This document shows positions 24,638-37,491 of a stretch of 64,000 nt of DNA, piece after piece. This DNA comes from Oculina patagonica (taxonomy: Eukaryota), in the NCBI RefSeq assembly GCF_052425735.1, contig NC_135769.1, positions 4,340,001 to 4,404,000 of the forward strand, written 5' to 3'. The notes below the pieces were generated by a model. The model did not search any database, was not told the DNA's origin, and saw only the letters and a list, made by a program, of their open reading frames with translations. A program made the translations under genes and the position numbers. Numbering within the stretch: position 1 is the stretch's first letter; each line of letters opens with the position of its first letter.

Positions 24638-27600
24638 CTCTATGTAATACGCCTCTTTGTAGAATGTTTGCTTGAACGTGTTTGCTCAGATCGGAATATG
24701 ACAACATACTGATTTACGGACGTGATAACTACAGCTTATAGTGAGGTTAATAATCTTTGGTATTACAATTGACATGATATCGGCTATCAATCAGATAAAT
24801 CCCTCAAAGAGCCTACTTTTCAGACTTTTATTCGTAGCATCTTAAGTTACGAGCCATCCTTTATCTTTTTTTTTTCAATACTAAATGAACTCCATTGTTG
24901 GCAAAAATAACATCCGGCCTTATTAAATTCGAAATGACCGATGTGCTAGGAAAATGCACTTTTTATTGCGCCAAACCTGATCTTCTTTTGATATATTTGA
25001 TGTAGTTTTTCCTCAACGGTATCTCTTTAACGTTTGGGAACCTTTTGTACAGTAAAAAAAGCTGAAAAGTACACAGTTGTGCATTCAATGAAGCTTCGCC
25101 GCTTTTTGTGTATTTTTTCCCCTTTTGTAACACAATTAAGACTGTGGAACATTTCTCCCGCACTGTAATATAAAGGCAAATTAAAAGTCACAATAATAAA
25201 AGGGGGAACAGAGATTACATCCCTAATTATTTCTTCTTTGGTGAGATAACAATGCGCGTATATTTATTACATTTGAGCCTTTTTAAAATTCAATTTTAAT
25301 CTCGGACAGTTAATATCAGGTAAAGCTACAACTACCAATGTAAATAGTACATTTATTAATTTTATCCAGCGGGGAAAATCAAATAGAAGCGAACATGGAG
25401 GGGTCTTTTTTATCTTGTCCGTTCAGGAAATGTGTAACGATATCATTTTCTCAATCGACACTTGAAAATTGCTTGTTATTTCGCTTTTTATTTCAATGTA
25501 TTTAGCGCTTTAATGAACTCGCACTTGATTAAACAATATATGGATCAAGAGTACCACACTGCTTGAAAGGCATGAATAGGACACAAAAGGTTGTATTATC
25601 ATTATTCTAAAGTTCTGTCGTAGATTTTGAAGCCTACGCAATCAAAAGTTAAAAGGAGTTAGGATTATTAACATAACAAAATCTTTTGATCCTGAGGACC
25701 AGATTTGACTGTTTTAAATGTGGGAAGGAAACTGGAAAAGCCCGAAAATTTCAAACAATCTAATGCAAATTCTGCATTTTAAACAGCAGTTGAATTACTG
25801 ATTCGTGAGTTTTCGAATTCATCTAAGTTAAGTGCTGTTTTTCCTGTTTAATGATGCACTCTGTCATACAGTTTCACATGAAGTAACCCTACGTGAGGCT
25901 CTCTTGTGATTATTATAGCCTCTGCAGCCGCTTGAAAAATCGAAAGTTTTAAGTGTAGCTATCATTGTTACTTGTCAGATTGTATAGAACATGAATTATG
26001 AATATCAACAATGCTGCATGAGTTTGTCAGTTGCAGCTGTTAAAGTTTGCCAGTGAAACTCTAATATTCTGTTCACCTTGAAATTTGTCTTTGTCTCTTT
26101 CCGCCAAAAAGTATTTCACAAGGAGCAAAATCAAACGTTTCGCAAATACAGTGGAGACCTCCTTAATCAACCGATCGTCTGAATTTACCAAGAACCAAGA
26201 AAGTGGCTGAACATTTATTTTCGTGCCAAAAGAAAGTTTCAATACAAACGTGTCGTAAGGAAGGGTTTTACTGTATTGAGGGTAGACCAAGGAAGGATCC
26301 TCTCTTGGTTTAGAACCCATATTTAATATTTTGGAACATCAATTGTATACATTGGTTGCAAATAAATTAATTGTCTACGACTAATACTCAGGGCGAGTGA
26401 GTGGTACGTTGGGTCGCGAATAGCAACGAAGCAACCCAAAGATTAAGCAAAGCCGTTGTAAAAATTCAAGTTGCTTTATATTCCCTGTGCATCACAGTTC
26501 AAAAGAAGCGATCTGGGATAGAGAGAGCACTGGGAAGGGGAATAAGCTTGAGTGGGATTGAGGAAGGGTTAGTGGGACGGTCCCTCCTTCGATGACTTTC
26601 CTTCTCCGCGCCAATGCTGTCTGTACCACCCACCCCCCCCCCCCCCCGGCCAAAAAAAAGGTTCTTTGAGCTACGTTGTCTGCAAGGAAAAGGATTTACT
26701 TTTTACTTAACCTTTTCACTCCCAAACGCACATTTGGCGTTATTTGAAGGCGCGGTCATTGAACCACTTGTGACGTCATCAATAAGCCACGTAAGTGGAT
26801 TTTTGTGATAAGCAGCTGATAGAGCTAGGATTAACCTTTCTATAGGACTGTTCATTTTGAATATCGGTTGCAATCTGACAGAGCTAAGAAAAACACGATC
26901 CGTTTTTGGTGCAAAATCGGTGCCTAAACAGGCCAATACACCTGTATTTTTTCAAGGTCCCTTTTCAAGGTTTTCCAATGATTACGTCAAAACTTTTTTC
27001 GGCCAGAAGTAAGGATATGAAGCGTAGAAAGTAACAAGAATAAGAAACCCGTAAAAACGAAAGGAAAGGAACGGTTCCGCAAAAAAGTCCATATTTTGGC
27101 TTATGTGCATGCACCAAAGTGAAATATTGTACATTTTTACATGGAATCTTTATCAAAATGTTGCTGCAGTGAGAAAAAGTGCTTTTCTAGCAAAGTTTAG
27201 GATCATAGATCCTAAAAACTCGCTTTAACGGTTAAAAAACGCGTTTTTGGGGGAAAATTCGCGAATGAAAGGGTTAAGGCATGCTGAGTACCTTTCTCTA
27301 CCTTCAGGCTTGATTTGCATTCCTGTTGCGCGATTCAACTGTTGTAAAATGTTTGTGTTTACATAACTTACACCGAACATTTTCGATTATTTACTCATCT
27401 TCATGAATAATTAAAGATATTTCATGTGGAAATAGTTTAATTTGCAATGTAACAATGGACTTTATTTTTTAAAAGAAGGCTATTTTTGGCTGATTTTATC
27501 TTACGTTGAAAGTGTCAATGGCTGATATGATCATACTCTGGAAAAGGTGTGACAAGGGTTTTGTTTTGAGTTTGTAGCTCAAAAATTAATTTTTAATTTT

Positions 27601-28612
27601 TAAATATTTTATTACTTTTAAGCGTTTTATATTTTTTCGTTCAAAAATCTTTAACGTTTCTGCATTGGAACCTCACTCTTCGGAACCCGTCGAATAACAT
27701 GGGCACTTTTGCGTGTCCCTTTGGTGTTTGTATAAACCAGGTTGCAATATGTTTTTTAATAATACATATTGGTATAAACCTTTTAAAGAAAGGCACGGTG
27801 TTGCGTAGCCTTACTGGTTGCAGAAACATTAATGTTCCCTTTAAGATGTTATTATTTTTTTAGGAATAACATAAACAATATGAAAAAAGAACTACCAAAA
27901 CCTATATTACATACGTATTGAAACGGTTTGAATTCACTAATATGCTTTATTCACACAGAGCCAGGTGGAAATTTTCCATTTTTAATTTGTTTTGTTCGTT
28001 TGCTAACGAATAGTCATTAACACTTCGCTTCTTTTTTGAGAAACACCCAATGCAATAAAAATAATATTAATATGTCATTTTTCGCTATCGCTAAAATTAG
28101 AATCTTTCATGGTCATTTCAGTTTCCAATGATATACAGCACAGCGTCCACGAAATCATTAACTGGGTAAAACTTCTTTTGTATCGAGCTAGTTTTTTTGA
28201 AAACAAACAGAGGCGTTCATTTAAACGACACTCGTTACAAAGCCAAAGAGAGTTAACATCGGAGTTAGATTAAATTCAGTAATGCACGCCAACTGGATTT
28301 GTCTAATTTTTGCTGTTTAAAGTCAAATAAGATGACAATTTAATGTAAATATAGTTTAAGCTTATACCATTGGCTGCTTGATCAGTAGAGACGTAAATGA
28401 ATTAATAAAGACTTGTTTTAACTCCCTGTTAGAGTCGTGGCCAAAACAAATATGCTTCATTCCGCAAAGCAAACCACCTGTCTTTTCATTACAGAGCGGC
28501 ACTGAACTCATCTCGATTGCTGCCAGCTTTTCTTCAAAGGAAAAAAAACACGAAGGTCAAATTCACTTTTTACAACGATCAGGTACAGCAGTTTTCATTT
28601 TCATTGGTTGAA

Positions 28613-29707
28613 ATGAAGACTTTGGAGGAGGCAAACTCTTCTGATCGACTTACAGATAGTAGCAAAAACTATCACTGCAGCAAAGCATTAGACGAAGCAT
28701 TTTTAATCGTTTATGCTGTTTTAGGACTCGCCATTCTCGTTGGAAATACGTTTTGCTGTGTAGTGTTCTTGGCTACGCCAAAGCTTCGAAGGTGCTTCAT
28801 GAACATATTTTTGGTGAGTCTCGGATTTGCTGATATTTTTGTCGCGACCTTCGTGATTCCAGGCCATTGTGCTTTCTGTACAAGCTGCTCCAAGGATTTT
28901 AGTTTGCATAACGTGGACAGTGGAACTTGTGGATTCTTAGACGCTGTGAAGGACTACGTTTGGCTAGCGTCCGTTTTGAGTCTGCTTGGGATTACTTATG
29001 ATAGATATGTAGCGGTGATTCAACCACTACGCTATCAGTGCAAGATAAACCAGCGCACAGTCCTCAATATTTTGTCGGCAATTTGGCTATTACCCATTCC
29101 ATTTTCCTTCATAAAACCGATATTGAACGCTGCAAATGTGGACTTTCTTAAAGACGAATCTCGCAGTGAATCTATCTTTGACATAGTCGTGGTATCAGTA
29201 ATGATTATTCTACCGATGGCGATTTTATTCATCGTAAATATTATGATTACAAAAGCCATAAGAAATCAGCATCGAAAAGTGCAATGCGAAAGAAGTCAAA
29301 GCAAGGGGGACTTGAAACCGAAGGAAAGCCGCAGAAAAACAATTTCCTGCCTAATCGTTGTCCTTATATTTCTAGTTTGTTGGTTTCCCCGTTGTTTGCT
29401 TAATTTTCTGTTTTTATTTCAAATTCTCGATGCTAAGGGCTTGCGCCTTCTCGAGAAGATCTCATTGGTTTTTCTTTTTGTGCAATCTTCTGCAAACCCT
29501 TTCCTGTATTCTTTATACAGAAGAGACTTTTGCCAAGCTGCTAAGAGATTACTTCGACAAATGGTTCCTTTTGGATCAAGAATTTCTCCTTTTTTCAACC
29601 AAGTGAGACCTTATCTTGACAGCGAAGCCACGAGTCGAGTGGAACCCGTGTTTTTAAATTGTCAATCTCGACGTCAATCGACTGAAATTAAACTGCAGGA
29701 AATGTAA
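28613..29707 (+). CDS. Class A orphan GPCR, divergent family member 6 (about 364 aa)
   Basis: 7TM; GN, SLGFAD, YDRY, CWFP, NPFLY. First ATG is at 28613 (MKTLEE); longer ECL1 and C-tail ending EIKLQEM. Confidence 0.93.
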   Translation: MKTLEEANSSDRLTDSSKNYHCSKALDEAFLIVYAVLGLAILVGNTFCCVVFLATPKLRRCFMNIFLVSLGFADIFVATFVIPGHCAFCTSCSKDFSLHNVDSGTCGFLDAVKDYVWLASVLSLLGITYDRYVAVIQPLRYQCKINQRTVLNILSAIWLLPIPFSFIKPILNAANVDFLKDESRSESIFDIVVVSVMIILPMAILFIVNIMITKAIRNQHRKVQCERSQSKGDLKPKESRRKTISCLIVVLIFLVCWFPRCLLNFLFLFQILDAKGLRLLEKISLVFLFVQSSANPFLYSLYRRDFCQAAKRLLRQMVPFGSRISPFFNQVRPYLDSEATSRVEPVFLNCQSRRQSTEIKLQEM

Positions 29708-30224
29708 AAGGTTCTTTCAACATACACTAGAGTGATTTGCTCTTGAAACGGTAGAGTTAAGGACCTTTAAAATTAATTTCAGTATTTGTATATAATTCTT
29801 GATAATAATCGTCACGAAAACGCTGTACATGTATATAAATGATTCATTCTGTTGAGTAACTCAAACTATAGTAAAAACATAATTTTTGCCATAGTTTTTT
29901 ATTGCGAAATACATCTGAAGTCTAAAGTCACAATAAAATATTATAATTATAAATATGCAGTAAAATTGTTGTTTCCTTTAGAAAACAAAATGTTGTCTGG
30001 TTTGGCATGTGCCAATTCGCCAGTCATCGCTGTTCACTTTTCATTTCAGCAGGAGACAAAAACAATAATTAAATTTTAACTTCTGAACATTTTTGCCTAT
30101 AGAGTTTTATTCCGATGCATTTACAAAAGCATGCTGTACTCTCATTCCAAAAAGCAAAAAGCACTTCATCGGTAATAAAATTAAAAATAACATACACTTT
30201 TTTGAAAACTGACATTCTATTAAG

Positions 30225-31195
30225 GAGAGTAATTAACTTCAAGAATAGGTTTGCTCACCTTTACATTAAAGTGTTGTACCAGCTGCTACGGCATGACAGG
30301 TCATTTGCGCTTATTCTAACAACTTCACAAAAAGGAACTTTGAGAAAACTTAGAATGACGTTGCAAAATGGGGTATCGCGTGAGGAGACTTTTCCGTTTG
30401 ACGCGCGAAAAATGACACGTTTGTGCAACAATGTAAATTTGCCCAAAGTGCAGTTTTTTATCACACAGAGAGAGCATTGTGAGAAGTGTTCAATTTAATT
30501 AAAATTGGAAAACATCAAGAACGTTGACATAGTAGAACTGTGGTCAGGTGGCAGCATGGATCCATATGAATATATAATGTCATGTGACTGACAGCCTTCT
30601 ATCGTGAATCCCACTGTAACAGATCTGGTGAAACATTGATATGCCGCAAAAATTCGATACAAAACTCTCAGAAGGACAGCCAAAAAGCCACCAGAGTTTT
30701 TCTCGAGCCCGAAAAACGGACGACAACAAAAAGAGCTCGTCCTACGGTTTAAGCAATAACAAATTCCCCGAATTCGGCCAAAATGACCTTTAAAAACACA
30801 TTATCGAACATCAATATTTCCTTCCGTATGGTAAAGGTATAAGCCTTTAATTTCTTGGGTTCGGCGTATTTTCGCTGCGACATAATCCCTATCACAGGGA
30901 GAAAAAAATATTCCACAGGGGATTTGTTAAAATCATTTAGAGGGCCTTTTATAGTTAGTGAGGAAAACTGGACCGAGCATCCTCGGGCAATTAAAATGCA
31001 CGAGAACGAGGTCAGTCGCAGTCTAGCCTCGTTCTTATGCAACTCAGCCTCAGTGCACGACCATTTATAGGATTGGAATAAAGTAACTAATCGTTTCATT
31101 AGGTTTTATTGGGTTGTAGCGTTAAGCGAACAGACGTGGCTTTACGATGGGAGAAGGTAATCAAAGCTAATCAAAGATGCCCAACTGAATCTCAT
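30225..31195 (+). repeat. Segmental duplication copy B (direct paralog at 34310-36250)
   Basis: Colinear diverged match to 34310-34552, 35238-35805 and 36190-36250. Confidence 0.85.
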
Positions 31196-31679
31196 AAACT
31201 ACATAAAAAGCTTTAGTCCATTATGCTTTTGAGCAAGTTCGTGGACAGTGGAACTACACTTGGCCGTCTTGGTGCAGTCTACATAAATTGCAAAGAGACT
31301 GGGAACCAGTTAACTGCATGTGGGATCGAGCAAACGTTTTCGCTGTAAAACAAGATGGCGGAAGAAACTTGCGGCTAAAATTTCTGTAATTCTGGCAAAT
31401 TAGAGAAAGCGTTAGGGTTTGACGTCACTTATGTTTTTGAAGGGTTGGATGACTCGGGGAGGTAGCTGAAACCTTTTCAAACATCAAATTTGGCCAAGTG
31501 CAGAGAGAACAACGTGAAACAGTGTTATCAACGAACGCAATAGAAAGGTGAAATATAACTGATGAATATAAAATTGCTATTGAGAGTATCTCCAGGCAGT
31601 AAACACGGCTATGCGAGTCAAACAGAAGGGTTGCAAACATTACGTGTGGCCTGCTTTTAAAATTCTGAGCCCGGTTATT

Positions 31680-32188
31680 GGGATCGTTAATATCGTTTTG
31701 ATCTTTTAGATCGTTTGGGATCTTTGGGATCGTGTGGATCTTTTGGATCGTTTGAATCGTTTGGAATCTTTGGGAACTTTTGGATCGTTTGGGATCTTTT
31801 GGATCGTGTGGGATCTTTTGGATCTTTTGAATCGTTTGGATCGATCTTTTGGATCTTTCGGAACGTGTGGGATCTTTTTTATCTTTAAGATCGTTTGGGA
31901 TCTTTGGGATCTTTGGATCTTTTGGATCTTTTGGGATCTTTTTTATCTTTTTGATCGTTTGGGATCTTTGGGATCGTGTAGATCTTTTGGATCGTTTGAG
32001 ATCTTTTGGATCGTGTGGGATTTTTTTGATCTTTTGGATCTTTTGGATCGTGTGGGATCTTTTTGATCTTTTGGATCTTTTCGATCGTTCGAATCGTTGT
32101 GGGATCTTTTGGATCGTGTGGGATCTTTTGGATCTTTTGGATCGTGTGGGATCTTTTGGATCGTGTGGGATCTTTTAGATCGTTTGGA
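31680..32188 (+). repeat. GGATC-core minisatellite (9-10 bp units: GGATCTTTT, GGATCGTTT, GGATCGTGTG)
   Basis: Dense tandem repetition is directly visible. Confidence 0.95.
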
Positions 32189-32227
32189 GGAGAGTACAAC
32201 AGACTTTTTATTTGCTCGATCCAAAAT

Positions 32228-32700
32228 ATGCACCGGAAAAAACACCTATACGCAAAAATGTTCAGAAGTCAAAAATTAATTACAGTTTTGGTATCCTACT
32301 GAAATGAAAAGTGAACAGCTATGCCTGATGAATGGCACATGCCAACCAACGCAACATTTTGTTTTCTGAAGGAAACTACAATTTTACTGCATGTTTATAA
32401 TATTTTATTTTGACTTTAGACTTCAGATGTATTTCGCAATAAAATACTATGGCGAAAATTATGCTTTTACTAGCTTGAGTTACAGAACAAAACGAATCAT
32501 TATATACATGCATATACAGCGTTTTACATGAAGATTGTAATCAAGAATTATATACAAATACTGAAATTAATTTTAAAGGCCCTTAACTCTACCGTTTCAA
32601 GAGCAAATCACCCTAGTGTATGTTAAAAGAACCTTTTACATTTCCTGTAGTTTAATCTCTTTCGATTGACGTCGAGGTTCCACTTGGCTCGTGGATTTGG
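32228..32700 (-). repeat. Inverted copy of the GPCR 6 C-tail and 3' flank (about 29615-30120)
   Basis: The reverse complement matches, e.g. CTCTTGAAACGGTAGAGTTAAGG and ACATCTGAAGTCTAAAGTCA. Confidence 0.9.
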
Positions 32701-33213
32701 TCAACGACTTTTTCAACGCCTGTCGATAAGCCGGCAATCGCCAAGCATAAATAAAAACATCCAGTGCCACCTTGAGTAACAGTAACAGATCTCTAATCCG
32801 TAGAGCCATAAATATATAATACACTCCCTCTAGGGGAAGGTCTGCATACAGCCACACAAACTGGGTGGTCACGGTTGCAATTGATTGTCCCACATCGTAC
32901 AGACGAGAAATCAATGCGAGATGTTTTTGGGTCCGCGCAGAAAACGCATGATGTAAAATACTGCGAAAATTCGTTCGGTTGTTGCGCCGGTCAAAAGGTC
33001 CGCTATTCCAAGCCCAATTATGAAATACGTAGTTGGCGAGCGAAAGCTTTTCTCGGGGTCTTTCCATATTGCTATCAGGAGTAAAATGTTGGCGGATACA
33101 GTTAACACTGACATGATGGAAAGACAGACTCCCTCGGCGAGTTCAAACTTCATGTACAACGAGCGAAGATTTTCCACATGGGCGGAGCTATCCGTACTTC
33201 CATTCACAGCCAT
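32636..33213 (-). pseudogene. Chimeric GPCR pseudogene: copy of the 41104 receptor fused to the GPCR 6 C-tail
   Basis: Nearly identical to the 41104 protein up to RGPKNI. It then has a 1-bp frameshift near 32920 and a deletion equivalent to about 41453-41880 (mid TM3 to TM6), resumes at QFVWLY, and ends STSQVEPRRQSKEIKLQEM as in GPCR 6. Confidence 0.9.
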
Positions 33214-34309
33214 ATTCCGGTCTCGACAGGCTGGCTAACAAGATTTCTTTCCTTTCCAGTTAAATCGACTCCTTCTTTTTTCCTCTCTTCTCGGGAGCTA
33301 GCAGTGTTAATGTAATAAAATCTAAGATTGTCCTTTCCTATCAGGTTGAGCTTGCGTGTAAGTTTGTTTTCCTATTGCTGTTGTTAATTTTGACACACCA
33401 AGACCCACTGACCTCCCCCCCCCCCCCCCAGCGATAAAGAGACCCTGGCTGAGTTATTCGATGAGTCGAGATAAAACAACGTTTGAAGGCTGTTTTTCCT
33501 GGCAGCCTTATATCCGTTGTTGCTTGTATGCCCACGGCGATATCTCCTTAGGATACTTCCCTCCAGTTGAATAATTTTTCAGCTCATTTGAAAAACAAAG
33601 CAATCAATATTCAAACATTTTCCTTGATCCTTATATGCTAAAGAGGAGTGCAATGTGGCCCACCGAGATTCCTCGAAGACTTTTTCCCGTCTTGTCAACC
33701 GCGTGTGTTTTTGTGATATACGCCGACGAAAATGTAAAAACCAGATACCTTTTCCTTGTGTAACCGCAGTTATGAGGCGCTCTGCACAAACTTAATACAT
33801 AGAAGCGAAACTTTGTCCTCCCAATAGGTCTTCAGAGAGTCGCTTATGGCTGCGTGCTCTTTTCTAAGGACAAACGACCATCACTTCACACCATATAGGA
33901 AATCCTTTGATCCACTTTAAGATTCCTCGAATTAAACTGTAGAAAGATCTAGTTACTGTTGCGTACTGTTAAAAGATTTTCTCAGGTTCTTAACTGTCCG
34001 GCAACAGTTTCATATACACTTGACTGAATTTCGCCGGGTAACAGCGAACTGCTTCAAAACACGATTTATATCCATTTAAATGTCCAAGTTTACGAAAACA
34101 ATCGTGATGGGAGAGATGATACTGCACATCTGGCTAGCTATAATATTTTAAATTAAAAGATTTTTACTTTTTCCCCACTTCTGTCGATAATAGTAATAAA
34201 TAAATCCCAATGTTACCGGATTTCATGGGATTGCAACCCAGTTGAGCAACTGCTGACCATTAAACTAGTAGCAAAATAACTTCTTTTAATGGTTTTCCAA
34301 GAGGCAGCG
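33214..34309 (-). repeat. Inverted copy of the upstream region of the 41104 gene (about 39778-41103)
   Basis: Reverse-complement matches, e.g. CAGTTGCTCAACTGGGTTGCAATCCCATGAAA and GAATCTTAAAGTGGATCAAAGGATTT. Confidence 0.9.
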
Positions 34310-34569
34310 AGAGTACTTAACTTCAAGAATAATTTTGCTCGCATTTACATTAAAGTGTTGTACCAGTTGCTACAACATGACAGGCCATATGCGCTTACTC
34401 TAACAACTTCTCAAAAATTAAGGAACTTTGAGAAAACTTAGAATGACGTTGCAAATGGGATATCGCGTGAGAAGACTTTTCCGTTTGACGCGCCAAAAAT
34501 GACACGTACGTTCAACAATGTAAATTTGCCCAAAGTGCAGTTTTCATCACACATGCTCACATGAATTAA

Positions 34570-35224
34570 GGAATGACTCTTACTAGTATTTATGCGATGT
34601 TTTGGTCATTTCTACTATATGCGGTCTTTTTCTCAAAAACTTGGCTTCTAGTAGTGTGTTTAGATGGGAAACCAAACTTTCTGATGATTGGCTCAGCTCT
34701 AAGTGGTCACGTGACTGACCACGCCCTAAAATGTAAGTATTGTGACCAGTTAAGTTAATAGATGTAAACGTACTAGAAATCTATCGGTTTTTCTCTCAAA
34801 ACCTTTACATCACCTGGCCATACTTCGTTCTAAACGGGGATTCTGAAAAACGTTTATTGTTTCTTCGTTATTTCCTATTTTTACCTAGTCCCAGTCCCTC
34901 TCCAAAGGAAAGACGTTGTAATTAAGACAAAAGAAATAAATTTGTAAATCCCCGTTTAGATCACTAAACTTAATGGTTACAGCCATTCGTAAAAATTAAA
35001 ATTAGTCAAACATAATATCTGCAAGATCTCGTAAATTTGGATTCAAATTTATATCAATAATTGGGTGTGGTATGTCAGGTGACCAAGCAGCAAAGTTCAT
35101 TAATCCGAAAAATGAAATATTTCATAAAAATACTTCGTCCTATGCAAGTTGTTAAGCAATAGCTCCAATATATTTTACATAAGACCACCCCCTCCAAAAA
35201 CAATAAATTAGTGGGACTCTTTCC
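34570..35224. mobile_element. Kolobok-like non-autonomous insertion (TTAA|GG...CC|TTAA)
   Basis: Absent from the paralogous copy near 30465; TTAA flanks and imperfect 16-bp TIRs. Confidence 0.65.
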
Positions 35225-35804
35225 TTAATTCACTATCGCAGAGAACATTGTTAGAAGTGTTGAATTTAATTAAAATTGGAAAACATGAAGAAAGTTGACA
35301 CTGAGTACAACTGTAGTCAGGTGGCAGTATAGATCCATACGAATATATAATGATATGTGACTGACAGCTTTACATTCATTTCTACCGTGGATCTCACTGT
35401 AACAGAACTGGTGAAACCTTGAAGGACAGATAAGAAAAACACGGGTGTTCGTCGAGCCCGAAAAAGGACGACCACAAAAAAGCTCCTCCTACGATTCAAT
35501 CAATAATACAATCCTCGAAGAAATCGGCCAAAATGACCATTAAACAAAGTTTACAATTCCTTTCGTAGCTGGAACCCGTATTCCTAAGGTAAACTTTTTT
35601 TATTTTCATGGGTTTGGCGTGTTTTCGCGACGACATACAGAAAGAAAAACACTCATCAGGGAATTTGTTAAAGTCAATAGAGGAAACTGGCCGAGCATCC
35701 CTCGGCAAAACGCACAAGAACGAGATCAGTCGCAGTCTAGCTTGGTCCTGGGCAACCTTGGTCCGACTGCACATCCATTAACATGGAAGGGAATAAAATA
35801 ACTG

Positions 35805-36188
35805 ATACATACATACATCACTTTTGTTTACCCTCCGATTTGTAGAGTAGCTTATACAGCTAATATCTCCGAGTATTTCACAGTACGCAGCACCATGGGC
35901 AAAGACCAGACCACAACACCGGCAACTCCATGCCGTTCTCTTTACGATAAGTGTGTGGGTTCTTTTACGTCCCCTGCTAGTCGTGACACTGTAGATGAGG
36001 AGACGGAGCCACAGTTTATCGTCCTTATCCGAGAAGACAGAATATCAAACCATTTGCAGATGCCATTGAAAAGGCAGCATATTTTCCTCAATCATTTTAA
36101 GACCCTGGTCCGGTCGGGACTCGAACCCGACACCTCTCGCACGGTATACGTAGTCCGTCGCTCTACCAACTGAGCTAACCGGTCGCGG
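35805..36188 (-). mobile_element. tRNA-derived SINE with Deu/Nin-like central domain and (ATGT)n tail
   Basis: Minus strand: A box TAGCTCAGTTGG, B box GGTTCGAGTCC, body TCGGATAAGGACGATAAA..GGACGTAAAAGAACCCACACACTTATCGTAAAGAG, tail ATGTATGTATGT. It interrupts the duplicated segment. Confidence 0.85.
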
Positions 36189-36465
36189 TTCGGACAGCCC
36201 GAAATATGTGGTTTTACGTGGGAGAGTAATCAAGATGTCCACTGAAACCATGTGGAGCAGCAGGACAGGTTTAAAGAACCGGTGGAAGTGGCACCAGGAG
36301 GGGAGCACCGCAACGTTAGGGTAAGAAATAACCCTAGGGGGAGTTCGCCAATGAGAGGCTGTGGAAGAAAAACACCTGCCATCAACTATTCCCATGGTAA
36401 ACGTCTAAGGTCTACGCAAATTTTCCGGAACTGGGCACGCTCAGCGTTGGGGTTGCGTTTCTCAT

Positions 36466-37295
36466 CCATACGATCCAGAGTCAACCTACGATCCAGACAC
36501 AGCCAAACGATCAGAGCAGCCAAACGATCCAGAGTCAACCATACGATCCAGACACAGCCATGCAATCCAGACACAGCCAAACGATCCAGAGTCAGCAATA
36601 CGATCCAGACACGGCCATGCGATCCAGAGTAACAGCCATACGATCCAAAAACATCCATACGACCCAGAGTCAGCCATAAGATCCAAAAACATCCAAACGA
36701 TGCAAAAACATTTAAAGGATACAAAACTATTGATACGATCCAAACGATCCAAACGATCCAAAATCATCTATATGAACCAAAAACATCGAAACGATCCATA
36801 AAATATTTAAAGGATACAAAACTATCCATACGATCCAGAAACATCCATACCATCGAAAAACATTTAAAGGATCCAAAACTATTCACACGATCCAAAACCC
36901 AAACGATCCAAAATCGTCCATATGTACCAAAAACATCCAAACGATCGAAACACATCCAAAGTCCGTTAGAGACTGAAACTACCGATAACTAATAAGATTG
37001 TCGAGAAGACAGCTGACACCTCAGACTACCAAAGTACACGGCTCACTATGATCTAAAAGATTAAAAAGGTCCAAATGATTCAAAAGATCTCAAACGATGT
37101 GAAAGTTGCAAACGATCCGGGAGATCCCAAACGATCTAAAAGATCCCAAACGATCTGAAAGTTCCGAACAATCCAAAAGATCCAAAACGATCCAATAGAT
37201 TCAAACGATTCAAACCATCTAAACGATCCATAAGATTCCAATGGATCTTGACGATCTAAATGATTCACACGAATCTAAACGATCTAAAAGATCAT
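36466..37295 (-). repeat. GATCC-core minisatellite blocks (36466-36960, 37050-37295), opposite in orientation to 31680-32188
   Basis: Repeated ACGATCCAGA, AAACGATCC and AAAGATCC units. Confidence 0.9.
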
Positions 37296-37491
37296 AACTA
37301 AACAATATGTTGAAGAGATGTGCTTACGCTATCGTCTGGCTCTGATGGTGGTGACTTGCATCAACCCCACTTTCCTTAGCTAAACAGGGAGAAAGCGGAC
37401 TAGCTTCAGTCCCCCTCCACATCAATTAAGGCTGTACCAGAGTTTATGTATGCCCGTTTCAACGCCCGCTGACGTCCTGCTCATTCATGTC

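Noticed and set aside
28517-28612. N-terminal extensions from track starts at 28517, 20748 and 8897
   Set aside because: These are TTG starts; the first in-frame ATGs give N-termini comparable to the paralogs.
31734-32302. Overlapping repetitive ORFs (also 36252-37268)
   Set aside because: They are by-products of GGATC minisatellites.
36107-36188. tRNA gene
   Set aside because: A and B boxes are present, but the cloverleaf is imperfect and the sequence continues into a SINE body and tail.
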